From positions 32,001 to 96,000 of the IMG/VR virus record IMGVR_UViG_3300021379_000005: a stretch of DNA of 64,000 nucleotides; one strand, written 5' to 3'. Source of the DNA: a virus (Duplodnaviria; Caudoviricetes). The notes beneath the pieces were generated by a model. That model had not been told where the DNA came from, searched no databases, and worked only from the letters and a program-made list of their open reading frames with translations. This document shows positions 21,001 through 31,100 of the stretch, piece by piece (position 1 is the stretch's first letter; each line of letters begins with the position of its first letter). The position numbers and the translations under genes were made by a program.

Positions 21001-23659
21001 TAACACACCAGTACCATTCTTCTTCATGATCTCCCAAGGAAGTATGATAAAATTCAACCTTACCCTCAGAATCAAAAACAAGATGTCTTGGAGCGGGGTT
21101 CGTTGAGGTTGCCGTGGCACTGCCATTAATTACCCATCTGTTATGACTCCAAATTAAAAGTTCCATTCCTGCATAATCAGAGCCAAGGTTTAATGTATAT
21201 GTTCCAGATCCAGCTGGAGTTGTAAAATTAGCACCCCTTTTACCAACTGCATAATACCATTGTTCCTCATCACTTGACGACCCATGTGGCATAACAAAAC
21301 GCCCATCAGACTCAACAATAGATGTGTATGATCGGAAAAAGTTTTTTCCCCAAATAAATACAGGTTTCCCAGCATCTGTAGTACCTACAGGTTCTCTGTG
21401 CGGGTTACCACCTGTGCCTGCTGGAGTTTTAAACTGGCCAGCCTTTTCTTCTGTTGTCATAAAGAACCAAGTTTCTGGGTCAGAACTACTTGGATGTACA
21501 ACACTGACATTTCCATTGGTGTCGGTGTATAGTTTCTGAGATCTATAAAAATTATGACCCCAAATAAAGATGCCCTTCCCAGCTGGTTGGCCAGTTGCAC
21601 CAAGTGGTAAATCGTGTGTTCCACTCCTTGAAAGGGTACTAAACGCACCTCCATCAATTTCTGGTAAAATTGTAGATGTTGTTATCGTTTTTAAATCAGT
21701 AATAACTCTAACTGTGGAGTCTGGATTCGTAATATTCAATCTACCAGATGCGAGTCTAATTTCTCCTTGATTTCCTGTTAGAGTAGGAGCACTTGAACCA
21801 GTAAAATTAACTTGACGAACACCGTCCACATAAATTTCTAATTCTGGACGAACACTCTGTGTAGTATTTTGTAAGTATGCATTATATTCATAATAGAAAT
21901 TTCCACTACTTGAAACAACAAATTCGGAATCTGTTGTGGCAGAATTTGCAGGAATAGGAGTATTTGCAGTAGTAGATGTTACTTCAGTAGTTGCTGTCGA
22001 TGCAGTCCAAAGTTGATATATTTCATTGCCGTCCCTGCCGGCAAATTGATTACCTCTGTAATACCTCACATTATTAGTACCAGTAAATATATATTCTCCT
22101 GTCGCAGGCAGTCCAGCGGCAACTGTACCTCGGATGTTTGTAATCGGATTCGTGAAAGTTGCACTATATACATAAGTAGTGTCACCAACGTGTTCAAACG
22201 AAACGAATGCATCTTCCACTATATTTGATGTAGTTATAGTTGTTGTTTGATTGTTATTGTCGGTTGATCCGTTTTCTGCATAAACTCTGTGTTGATAGAG
22301 ATTTCCATTAGTATTGATAGTACCAGTATCGGTTCCAGTATAGTTTGGAATATTTGTTGTTGTACTTGTAGATAAATTGCTTGCCTGAGCAAGTAAATAT
22401 CTAAATCCGTCTGGCGTTCCAAATGTATTTGGGCCAAAGTCTGTATTTGCATTGATGATATCAACAAAGCCAGGCTTTCCCTGTATGTAACGAATTACAT
22501 CTACTACAGTGTCTGCGTTTACATGTCTAGACTTCTCTGTAGTAGAAGCATTTCTTTCCAACATACTATTGTATATTCTATCCGTAACTTCTGCAGAGAC
22601 CTCTAAACTTTTAACTCTGGATATCTTATACCACTTTAATGTACCTTCAGAATTTTCGTCAATTATTTCAGAAGTCGAAGTATACACCCAACCAGAACTA
22701 TCTCTAACATCTTCTGCAATATCGGTTGATGTTGCAAGAAGTTGGTTTTGCCAATAAAATTTATAACTTGAGTTATCAATTTCTAAAATATATGAACCAT
22801 TGTACTTACCTTCTGCATAATCAGTCTCTGAAAACCCACCTGCAAGTGTTACTGTTCCAGTTTCCGTCTGAAGTGTATCAGTGGTTTCGCCAGGAATTGT
22901 TGTAGATTCTCCTGTTGCATTTGAAAGTTTACCACCAACGCCACCAAAGATTTTAATCTTCTGATTATTTGGCATTGTAATGGTTGTATCTTCACCATCA
23001 AATCCTTGATCTTCTGTACCTACCAATCCTTCACGAACATAATCTTCTACAGTAGGTTGGCCAGGGATATATTGTGAAGAACCAGACCCACCAGCACCAG
23101 TTGCTAAAATTCTAAGTCTTCTGTATCCCTTTGGAATTCTAATTTTCCAATCACCCGCCTCAAAGACTTGTTGATTATCTACTTTGTTAGACCAGTGTTG
23201 TTCATACCCAACTTGTTCAAATCCTTCTTCAGTTCCCATCTTGAAACTCATTGCAGGAATAGTTAACTTAACATATTCCCAATCCTGCGGAGTATCAATT
23301 CTTACAGAACCAAGTTCTTCATTTCTTGTGAAATAGGCAGTATTATTATCATTAATCTGATCCCACCTAGTCATGAATGTTCCATTTTTAAGACGCATAA
23401 ATTTCCATGCGTCTTCAACACAAATAGTAGGAATTAAAATATTATAAGGAAGTGTTGCATCTGATGTTCCACGAAAATCAGAATATTTTATTGTGCGCCC
23501 TCTTGGCCCAACAGGAATATTTCTATTATTAAATCGATCTGGAACATTACCACCACCTCTATAATATTCAGACAGAGAATGGGGTGCGGAGTTATTTACT
23601 GGTTTAAACTCCGCAACAATGTGCGTCATTTTCAGTCTGCCGTCTGCTGGTATTGCCAT
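18041..23659 (-). CDS. Tail-fibre tip/adhesin-like protein (1872 aa)
   Basis: N-terminal MAIP.DG.LKMTHI..EF...PHSLSEYYRGG...IKYSDFRG module typical of fibre-tip adhesins; glycine-rich GAGGSG/GGDGVVVV motifs; C-terminal KIVCT...GYH...MRKS domain. Confidence 0.65.
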   Translation of the reverse strand: MAIPADGRLKMTHIVAEFKPVNNSAPHSLSEYYRGGGNVPDRFNNRNIPVGPRGRTIKYSDFRGTSDATLPYNILIPTICVEDAWKFMRLKNGTFMTRWDQINDNNTAYFTRNEELGSVRIDTPQDWEYVKLTIPAMSFKMGTEEGFEQVGYEQHWSNKVDNQQVFEAGDWKIRIPKGYRRLRILATGAGGSGSSQYIPGQPTVEDYVREGLVGTEDQGFDGEDTTITMPNNQKIKIFGGVGGKLSNATGESTTIPGETTDTLQTETGTVTLAGGFSETDYAEGKYNGSYILEIDNSSYKFYWQNQLLATSTDIAEDVRDSSGWVYTSTSEIIDENSEGTLKWYKISRVKSLEVSAEVTDRIYNSMLERNASTTEKSRHVNADTVVDVIRYIQGKPGFVDIINANTDFGPNTFGTPDGFRYLLAQASNLSTSTTTNIPNYTGTDTGTINTNGNLYQHRVYAENGSTDNNNQTTTITTSNIVEDAFVSFEHVGDTTYVYSATFTNPITNIRGTVAAGLPATGEYIFTGTNNVRYYRGNQFAGRDGNEIYQLWTASTATTEVTSTTANTPIPANSATTDSEFVVSSSGNFYYEYNAYLQNTTQSVRPELEIYVDGVRQVNFTGSSAPTLTGNQGEIRLASGRLNITNPDSTVRVITDLKTITTSTILPEIDGGAFSTLSRSGTHDLPLGATGQPAGKGIFIWGHNFYRSQKLYTDTNGNVSVVHPSSSDPETWFFMTTEEKAGQFKTPAGTGGNPHREPVGTTDAGKPVFIWGKNFFRSYTSIVESDGRFVMPHGSSSDEEQWYYAVGKRGANFTTPAGSGTYTLNLGSDYAGMELLIWSHNRWVINGSATATSTNPAPRHLVFDSEGKVEFYHTSLGDHEEEWYWCVTDGGTVSQPTGVGGVSMNSFTLETSLDTETIDKIYQKYVGRNSNVIDRDLFRQQNYTVFQGINYVVGTAEYAAQFGSTITEEPVIIPGQGTIPTKNQLVSVTGGVATNRTYALSTLPTNSLKYTRDNLQSTPLSYHADLPSSGANIVSALVEKFPINTYWFERSGLGELHFFNNDGGDGGSSWHGSGTSVASEFPTNGSPSEPNPVYGSGGAAGQHGGRYYNSTSKSATIGGQAAASGFFGDFMVSPGDIVDIKVGRGGQSNQTSYLDLVPGSQTQEGTYESNSGDGGDGVVVVFGSKGNDYTKISKPGIALIDDRGAVVMYSVANVSCEGNQELTGSISSKEILLFGKGKQYYLVHTFQLQKNGSQKYRVYFCQNGEHYAKVENSLNAPGPFFSPAPPAGYLPSVSISTDPVNAPDEYVVTGAKRSDIDNDIQSPDPWPIRKCTVTFDTTRSAAYENTMTFTNIGSGGIGPASIVFGPNASTQTIKMSEDDIYVLNPSGLRSNASSKMTTRVIDDGRPHQTTTGTTSSSLGVREYPEYFHSGNCDEPATGGASVWAQGRDQDGNTRVFIKYGTEVIKGDQNGIFGTVANADGSGSWYGFGDSTGFNPLGTAWSFNYDDQRHQTIDYNGYRYYRNDREEDALGVCTKNVNDDFTFGGGGQFEMKYTLYKVFRRKLGGEPITEDNNNSWTTLELEDKTDNDYTDLRVTPSSMGNFYVEGGLTRFSCFSLGGTGTGTTWTRPPPADTGGGGGGGSNTTTTTSTAPITVVTDGNGNPVTDGNGNPVYSGGGGNDDNNNEPTFSSHYEPSTGTVTYFDSPMTHDEIQSLRADQPDGVFSTGTGQTGTMIGPTRDDNISDSGGSGTSGQSDKIVCTEMYRQTQLDDWKIAMKIWGLHTKTHLTQYHQRGYHFLFMPWVKGMRKSTTLTKSGGWLAQRRTQHLKYILSRDGYAGHLGIGEKEKDDIVGRIWCTVWHPITFVTGKILSIFRDK

Positions 23660-23687
23660 GTTAGAATTCTCTTCTCTTACTAATTAA

Positions 23688-24887
23688 TTAAACTTGGAAT
23701 GCAATAATATCACCACTACATTCAATTTTCAGTGACTGATTTCCAGTAACTTTGAGGTCTGCACCTTCGATTGTCAATGTTCCAGACATGGTGTCGCCAG
23801 TTTTCTTGACATATCCCCCAGCATTATGATCTTGGATTAGTGGAAGAACTTGTTGATACAGTGCATTAATAGCGGCAACAATCGAAGTAGTATCACCAAC
23901 ACCACTGTTCAAATTGCCAAGTGGGTCTACATCAGTTGCGCCGGGCCCTCTTACAATTAACTTATCTTCTTTAGTATCTAAATCCGTTTCTATATTGTCA
24001 ACTCTATCTTTAAGACTGCCATAAACTTCATCACTTAAAAGTTTTAATGTAGAATCAAGAGTGTTTATATTCTCTTTTACGGTATTATGAATAGCAAACT
24101 CATTTGCCGGCACTGACACATATACACCATCATTATTTGTGCCTACTGAGTTTTTCAAAAAGTTTTGTACATTTTCTAATCTAGTTGCTCTAGATTCTAA
24201 TGCGGTAATATCGTCTTCATTGATTTTTACTGCACTATCCAATTCAACAAGATTTGTTTTTACTACTGCATTATTATCACTATCTGTAGTAAGATAATTA
24301 ACACCTAAACCTTCATAGTTAAACTGTCCTGTAAGAGCTCCACCACCAACTGTAAGATTTAATCTGTCTAATAAATCAGATTTAGTTTTCAAAGTGGTAT
24401 CTAAAAGACTAATTCCCTGTCTAAGACTAGTCGCAGCGGGAACATATGTTGCCGTAGAAAGTAATGAATATGTTCCGTCAGCGTTTAATCCAGCAGCATT
24501 TTGGGTTACATCTAATTCTGCCTGTAGGGCATTGTCTGCTGCAATTCGTGCATTTCTTTCTTTTTCTACTTCATCATCTGTATATTCTACAGACCATTGA
24601 TTTTCTGCATTAATTGTGTCTACAAGATTATCTCTTCTCCACCCACGATTTTCTGGGTCAAGAGTAGACATGTTACCAATATTTCTAGTATTGATATCTG
24701 TATGAGTGTTTACTTCGTTGATTGCATCAACGATTGTAGACTGTGCATCAGTTTCTAAGAATGCAAGATTACCAATATTTGCAGCAGCTGCTTCCGCATA
24801 TGCTTTCAAGTTATTGGTTTTGACTCTCCACTCTTCGAAAGTATCTGTTGTCAACACATCTACAATAGATGGATATTCTACGGCCAT
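23688..24887 (-). CDS. Fibritin-like/short fibre coiled-coil protein (399 aa)
   Basis: N-terminal TDTFEEWRVKTN anchor motif, coiled-coil segments, IVxAINE repeats and C-terminal YVKKTGDTMSGTL...GDIIAF fibre motif. Confidence 0.65.
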   Translation of the reverse strand: MAVEYPSIVDVLTTDTFEEWRVKTNNLKAYAEAAAANIGNLAFLETDAQSTIVDAINEVNTHTDINTRNIGNMSTLDPENRGWRRDNLVDTINAENQWSVEYTDDEVEKERNARIAADNALQAELDVTQNAAGLNADGTYSLLSTATYVPAATSLRQGISLLDTTLKTKSDLLDRLNLTVGGGALTGQFNYEGLGVNYLTTDSDNNAVVKTNLVELDSAVKINEDDITALESRATRLENVQNFLKNSVGTNNDGVYVSVPANEFAIHNTVKENINTLDSTLKLLSDEVYGSLKDRVDNIETDLDTKEDKLIVRGPGATDVDPLGNLNSGVGDTTSIVAAINALYQQVLPLIQDHNAGGYVKKTGDTMSGTLTIEGADLKVTGNQSLKIECSGDIIAFQV

Positions 24888-25100
24888 TTAAAGTTTCTCC
24901 AATATTAAGTTTAGTGTGTTTTTAATTTCATTCATTTCTTGTTGTAAATCTCTTATTTCTTCGTCACGCCTTCTAAGTGCATTAGACCTTCTAATAAAAT
25001 TATTATAACCATTGTTATCAGTATTTATTATCGCTTGCGTGTTCGTATCTCTGACAAGGTCTTTATTACCTTTAACTTTTAGTCTCATTATATTCTCCAA
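24888..25100 (-). CDS. Conserved small T4-like phage protein (70 aa)
   Basis: KVKGNKDLVRDTNTQAIIN plus a C-terminal coiled coil; this type of gene usually follows the VrlC-like gene. Confidence 0.7.
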   Translation of the reverse strand: MENIMRLKVKGNKDLVRDTNTQAIINTDNNGYNNFIRRSNALRRRDEEIRDLQQEMNEIKNTLNLILEKL

Positions 25101-28100
25101 TTAAGTTGCCAACGCAATAACTCTAAAATCTCTGACTTTTGGTACAACACTGGAGTTTTTACTCTTAAGAACAATTTTGATTGATACAGAATTAAATTCT
25201 GGTAAATTTCTTACTTCATAATCAAATTCTTTATAGTCAGAAACATCTTTAGATGCCTTACCGTAAACGGTAGGACGGTCAAGTAATACATAATCAAGTT
25301 TTTCAAAATTTTGGTCTGGTGATGTTTTAATCTTATAATAAAAATCTACATCTGTCATATCTGGACGATAAACTGAACCTAAAACCTTTAGAGATGTCGA
25401 TGATTGATCTAATTTAATTTCTCTAGTTATATACTTGGTTGCTGCTGAACCACCGTGTGGATTCGTTTCATCAATAAATCCAGTATTGACATGTCCTCGT
25501 ACTCCAGCAGGAACACTTTCTGCACTATTTGTTACATTGGATACCAAGACAGCTGCAATTCTTTCTAAGTCGATAATAGGACTTAAATTATCTTTATTAG
25601 AAACTAAATCTACTTTCCAAATCAATGACTTTTTATCAAGAGAATTCGAAGATGTGTCGAAAAGAGTCTCATTGTAATTATCTGCAACCATCATTGGTCT
25701 ATTAAATGTGTAGTTTTGGTTTGGAGTAATTCCTCTAAAACTTAAATCTTTGACTCCTGGCGCCTCAGTCGAATCTTGCGATGTACCTGTTAGGGCCTTA
25801 AATTTCATCGAAATACCAGTACCAGCAAGTTCAACAGATGTAATATTGGGTTTCATTAAATCATATTTAACATTAGTACACCAACTGGCGGGTTTCTTTT
25901 GTCTAAACTGCGTAAATGTATTTGATGCAGGAGTAAACACAGAATCAACTGATGGAATAGTTCCACCATGAGCGATTCTTGGTGTTTGTACCCCTTCTGG
26001 ATAGAAAAATCCTCTCATATCAATGGTAAACGAATTATATGTTGTTGCAACAACCAAATGCGAACCATTTAAATCTGCTGCACTGTATTGGTCGTAAGTT
26101 CCATGGAAATTTTTAAGAGTGACATAATTATATCCGTTTGGTTGCCAGAAACTTGTAGGAACACACCCAGAACTATCATTTACTTTAAATGTAATGAGAG
26201 AACTATCTTTATGGACAAACATCGAATTATCATCGAATATTCTCTCCATAACATTAATGTCTGACATTCCAACATCAATTTCGGAATTTGTAAAGTATAG
26301 ACTACTATCTCTATTAATATCAAATTTCGCCCTAGAAATTGTGAATTTCAAATCTTCCATTTGTTCTGCAGTCCATGTAGAAGCATTTTGCGATTTGAAG
26401 AAAACACCAGCGTAAGGTTGTTCCGAAATAATTCCAGATCCATCAAGTGCCTCTTGTCCTAGTGTTGCAACATGAACTCTGTATCCTTGCGTATTTGCAA
26501 TCAATACGAGACAATACTCTTTTGCTTCTTCCAAATATACTGGTTCGTCAAAGGTAAATATTGTTTCTAAAGAACCATCATCTGAAATTTGAATTAAGTC
26601 CTGTCTTGGATCCAACATCTTTTCACCAAGTACATATTGGCCAGGATAACCATTCACCATATTTCTTATTTGTAAAGTTACTGGAACAACCTCATCTTTT
26701 GTAGAGAAGAAAATTTCTGCACTTGTGATAAAGGCACCTCCCTCTACATCAACTAGGAATGATTGTGCGAGTGGGTCACCCCAACCACGAACTTGTCTCC
26801 AATTTCCAAAAGTAGTAGTTGGGTCGGAACGTAATTCTGAAACAACATCTTCTGATTGAGTGGTTGTAGTATCAACAATTTCAACTGTTCTTGTATTTAC
26901 GGTTGTTTTTTGTCTAGTTTCAATAATACCTCTTGCAGTATATGTTGCACTCGTATCTGTATCAGAATCATCTAGATTACCATTTTGCTGATCGCACAAC
27001 TTAAATGTTCTTTCTCCAGTTCTGAATTTTAAATCATCATCATTTGGAGTTTGGTTATCGTTTGGAATTGAAAAGTTACCGTAAACCGTACCAGCTGAAT
27101 CTGATCTTAAAGTCGAACCACCAACAATACCTTCATTTGGGAAGCTTCCCATGTTATGAGATTTCCCATCTCGTTCAACTAAGAATAAAACCTCACCTAA
27201 ACTAAAAGAAGTATTCTTTTTGCCAGGCACATTTTCTAATACATAAACTTTTAGAGAGGTTGCATCCAAATAATCAATATCCGCAACAAAAACTTCATGT
27301 GCGGTGGATTGTCCTCGCAATTTCAACTCACCGTATTGATCTGCAAATATATTTCTGTTGTTTTTAATATATTGTGCGGTTGCCGGTGGAACATTTGTAA
27401 TATCTAATGTTTTTATTGGAGTAACATAATCACTAACTGGTGTGTTATCGAAGAATGCAAATAATTTTGTATTTGGTTTCATTCCAGTAGCTTTAAAGTA
27501 TACATCTCTGGTACGAATGAATGGAACTTGTTCAGAACTAACTAGTTTGTCTGTTGTAACTGGAGTCCAACTTTCACTAAGGGAAGTTGTAACACCAGCT
27601 CTGGATCTGGTTCCTGTATCATTCCAAGTTCTGGTTGTAGTTGTTACGGTACGGTCAAAATTACCACTAGATTCGGTAGTATTGACTGGGCCGCTTGTTG
27701 TCTCGTTAGATACCCCAGTCCATGTGGTTTCCCAAGACCCCCATACGGTTCCAAGAATTCCCGACCTTTGGGCAAGTTCTTCAAAATTATCTGTGTTTCC
27801 TCGTTCATTAATTGTAATTGTATCCAAATACTTTGGATCATCGTGCCAGTTGTCCGTTGAAGGTACAAGCACCATTGAACCCTTAAAACTAAAAATTGCA
27901 AAGGGGTTTACATTAACAGTTTTTGAAGATTTTCTCTGTTCGATTAATAATTCACTCGTATATGGAAGTGTTGCCCATCTACCCGACACTTCAAAACCCT
28001 CAGAGTTTATGACATCCAAATGCATTGGAATGTTCTTAGTAGTAAAAAATGGACGCAGTTCTCCTTTTCCAGTATCCATAGAGGCATTGAAATCAGAATC

Positions 28101-31100
28101 GTAAACGTTTGCAGTTCCAAAACCAGTAAAGTTTTCAACTACAAATCCATTCTTAAATCTATCAAGTCCGTTTTCATCTGTAACCAACAAATCTTTAGTT
28201 TCTTTTTCTAAAAGATTTAAAGAAGTATAATATTCTAAATTACTAATCCTCTTATCAAGTTTACCAATATCTCTCATGGTATATCTTCTGTTGTCGATCA
28301 TTTTGGCACGTACATCTTTAGGAACGCCAGTATATGGTAGCGTTTCAAGTGTATATAATACCATGCCGTCTTCTGGGTCTGTTGGAAAAACTGGCGTTTC
28401 GGAAGGAGCACCATATTTTACATTAATATTTCCAAACTTATCCATATAAAGTTTGTCTGCTCTACCAAAGTAAATACGCATATCTGCACTAATTGCACTT
28501 GCATCGATTGGATAATCAGAAATTCCAGAAACAACACCTTTACCATACGGATATCCAGACAGCTGTTGGTAAACCGCAGCGGGTCTAAAGTCTAATGCGC
28601 TGTGCAATCTAACACCCTCAAAACTTGGGATTTTATGATATGGTATATTAACATATGAATCTACGGATGCATAATCCCCTGCACCATGTTCAAAATATGA
28701 GTAAATAATAATAGGGCGGCCGCCACATGGTAATGTACCAGCCTTTAGTTCTAATTCGCCCAATTGAATAATAGAATGTCTTTGTCCAGAAAATAAAGTA
28801 TATCTGTCAGTAATATCATTAATTTTAACAGGAACTTCTGCAGGAGTTTCGATACCAACATTACTCAACCACAATTCTTCGATTTCTTCCTTGAATGGGT
28901 TTACGGTTCCGTCAACAGTAAGTTGCGATTGGATACTCGCAAGTGTTGGATATACGGTATGGTCTAAATCAACAGAAAATGGAGAGGCACCAGTCGCCTC
29001 ATAAAAAGTATAGGCTTTCAGTGCAAATTCAAAATCTGCCTCTGTCATTTCATGTAGGAATTTTCTGTCATTTGATTCAATTGAAATTCTATAAGAAGTA
29101 TTGTTTACATTACAAGTGTCATATATTTTTTTGATTTCATATACATCTGAATGTGGTAATTGAAAATTAGACACACTAAGAATAAGATCATTATTTGCGC
29201 CAGTGGGAATTGAAGAATTCACAACTCCTGTTGCAACACTAGAATTTGATCCTAATAAATCTACATCATAACTTAGAGATGTATCGTTATTTGCATCGTT
29301 TACATTATCATAGTCAGTTTGTCCAATTGTTTGTCCAATTGCATCCACTAAGGTGTAAGGCAAATGTAACTGATTTTCTCTCAAAGTTTTAATTTTTTCT
29401 CTGGAAGAAGTCTTTTTGATTGGTGCGTATACAGTGACACCAGTTGTTCCTGCGGGCAAATTTGTGACATTAAGAGTGGCAGTTCTTCTATCAGAAGAAA
29501 ATGAAATACTTGTAATTCTACCAATTTCACCCACAGAAGAATTTAAATCTGCTCTATCGAATGCCAAATATAAACTTTGAGTCGAAATGAAGAATGAGTT
29601 ATCATCTGTTGCAGTTAAAACAATCTGTCCGTTGGCGGTAACTACTTGGTCTTCATAAACTTTTAAAACATCGTATTGAGTATCTACTGTTTCTCTTCCA
29701 CTTTCATCATCAACAAATCTAACAGTTTGTAAAAATCTTTTACCAGTATCAACAATACTTGCACCACCATCTGATAAAAGTACAAATTTACCAGTAATCC
29801 TTGCCTGAGTTCCTGTCATATCAGCAGATGCATTACCATCAAAAGATGTAGTGTCCGTCCCAGCGGAACCACTAGCAATCGCCTCGTTGATTAGTTCGTT
29901 TGTAACAAAGGTTGCACTAGGCAATACTCCCGACTCTGTAGACAATCCGTTTCCAGTATTGAGATTTTTTACCAATAAGAATTGGTCTGCAGAGTTATAA
30001 TAATAGTTAATAGCTCTCACATCTCTATCGTATCTGTCATAAATTAGAGATTTTAACGTAAATTGTCCTTGTACATCTGACAACGACATCACCGTTAATA
30101 CATTTGCGCCAAATCTATAAATTGAACTACCTAATGTTGTTGGAACTACTTTCTCAGTCGAAACAATAGACCTTGCATCCAACATGGTATAGGGAACATT
30201 TGTTCTTGGGTTAACTTCATATTCGATATCATATAGAAAGATTTTCCATATACCAGTTTCAACGGAAGTATTTGAAGGTCTAAAAGTAGAAGTTCCATAA
30301 TTATCATCTATCGCATCATCATCAGAATCTGAGAAATATTCTACTGCCTTAACTTTTGCCGTTGCGATTACATCAATACCGTATGCGTTTGCGCCCAAGT
30401 TGGTTCCACCACCAGCAAAAAATGTCAAGTCTTCATCATATGTTACTGGTTGGAAATATGCAGTATCAGCATCGTCTAAATTTGATGTTACAACTGTATA
30501 GTCTTCATTAATCACTGGAGAAATGTTCATATTGACAAGTTTAACTTCTTCGTCTATCAGTGGAAGTCCCTTTGCATCTGAAATGTAGATGTATGGGCCC
30601 AGATCGACAGGAATGTAATGGTTGTTTACTTGATAATTTTCTCTTGATCTTTTATAAGGAATATATGTGGTAGCCGTCTTAGTGATTTCATAACCTCTTA
30701 CATACGCCTTTCCACTCTCGACTCCTAGTGCAAGATAATTTCTTACTGCGTCAACCAAGAACTGATGACTAGAGCCTGGGTAATATTTTAATCCAGTCGA
30801 ATCCAAATTTTGATCGGAAAACTGTATAAGTTCCAATGCACTTACTGTATGTGCAAGGCCGTTTCCGTTCTGATCTACCATTCCATCTTCATCTGCAAAA
30901 TTCTTTAGTGCGAAATCTTTCGCAGCGACTTCGGTATCAAATTCAAAGTTTTTCATGGTGTATACACCACCATTTCCATTTTCTTTGAAATATTCTCTAA
31001 TGTCTAAATTAAATGGACGAACTGTGTAATCACCAGACTCATCGTATGTTCGTCTTGCAAGCACATCTGTAATTACTGAATATTCTGTATTTCTAACATG

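Noticed and set aside
6878-23659. Diversity-generating retroelement or invertase-driven fibre switching as the source of the paralogs
   Set aside because: No reverse transcriptase or recombinase, and no near-identical template/variable repeat pair was seen; the paralogs are diverged at DNA level.
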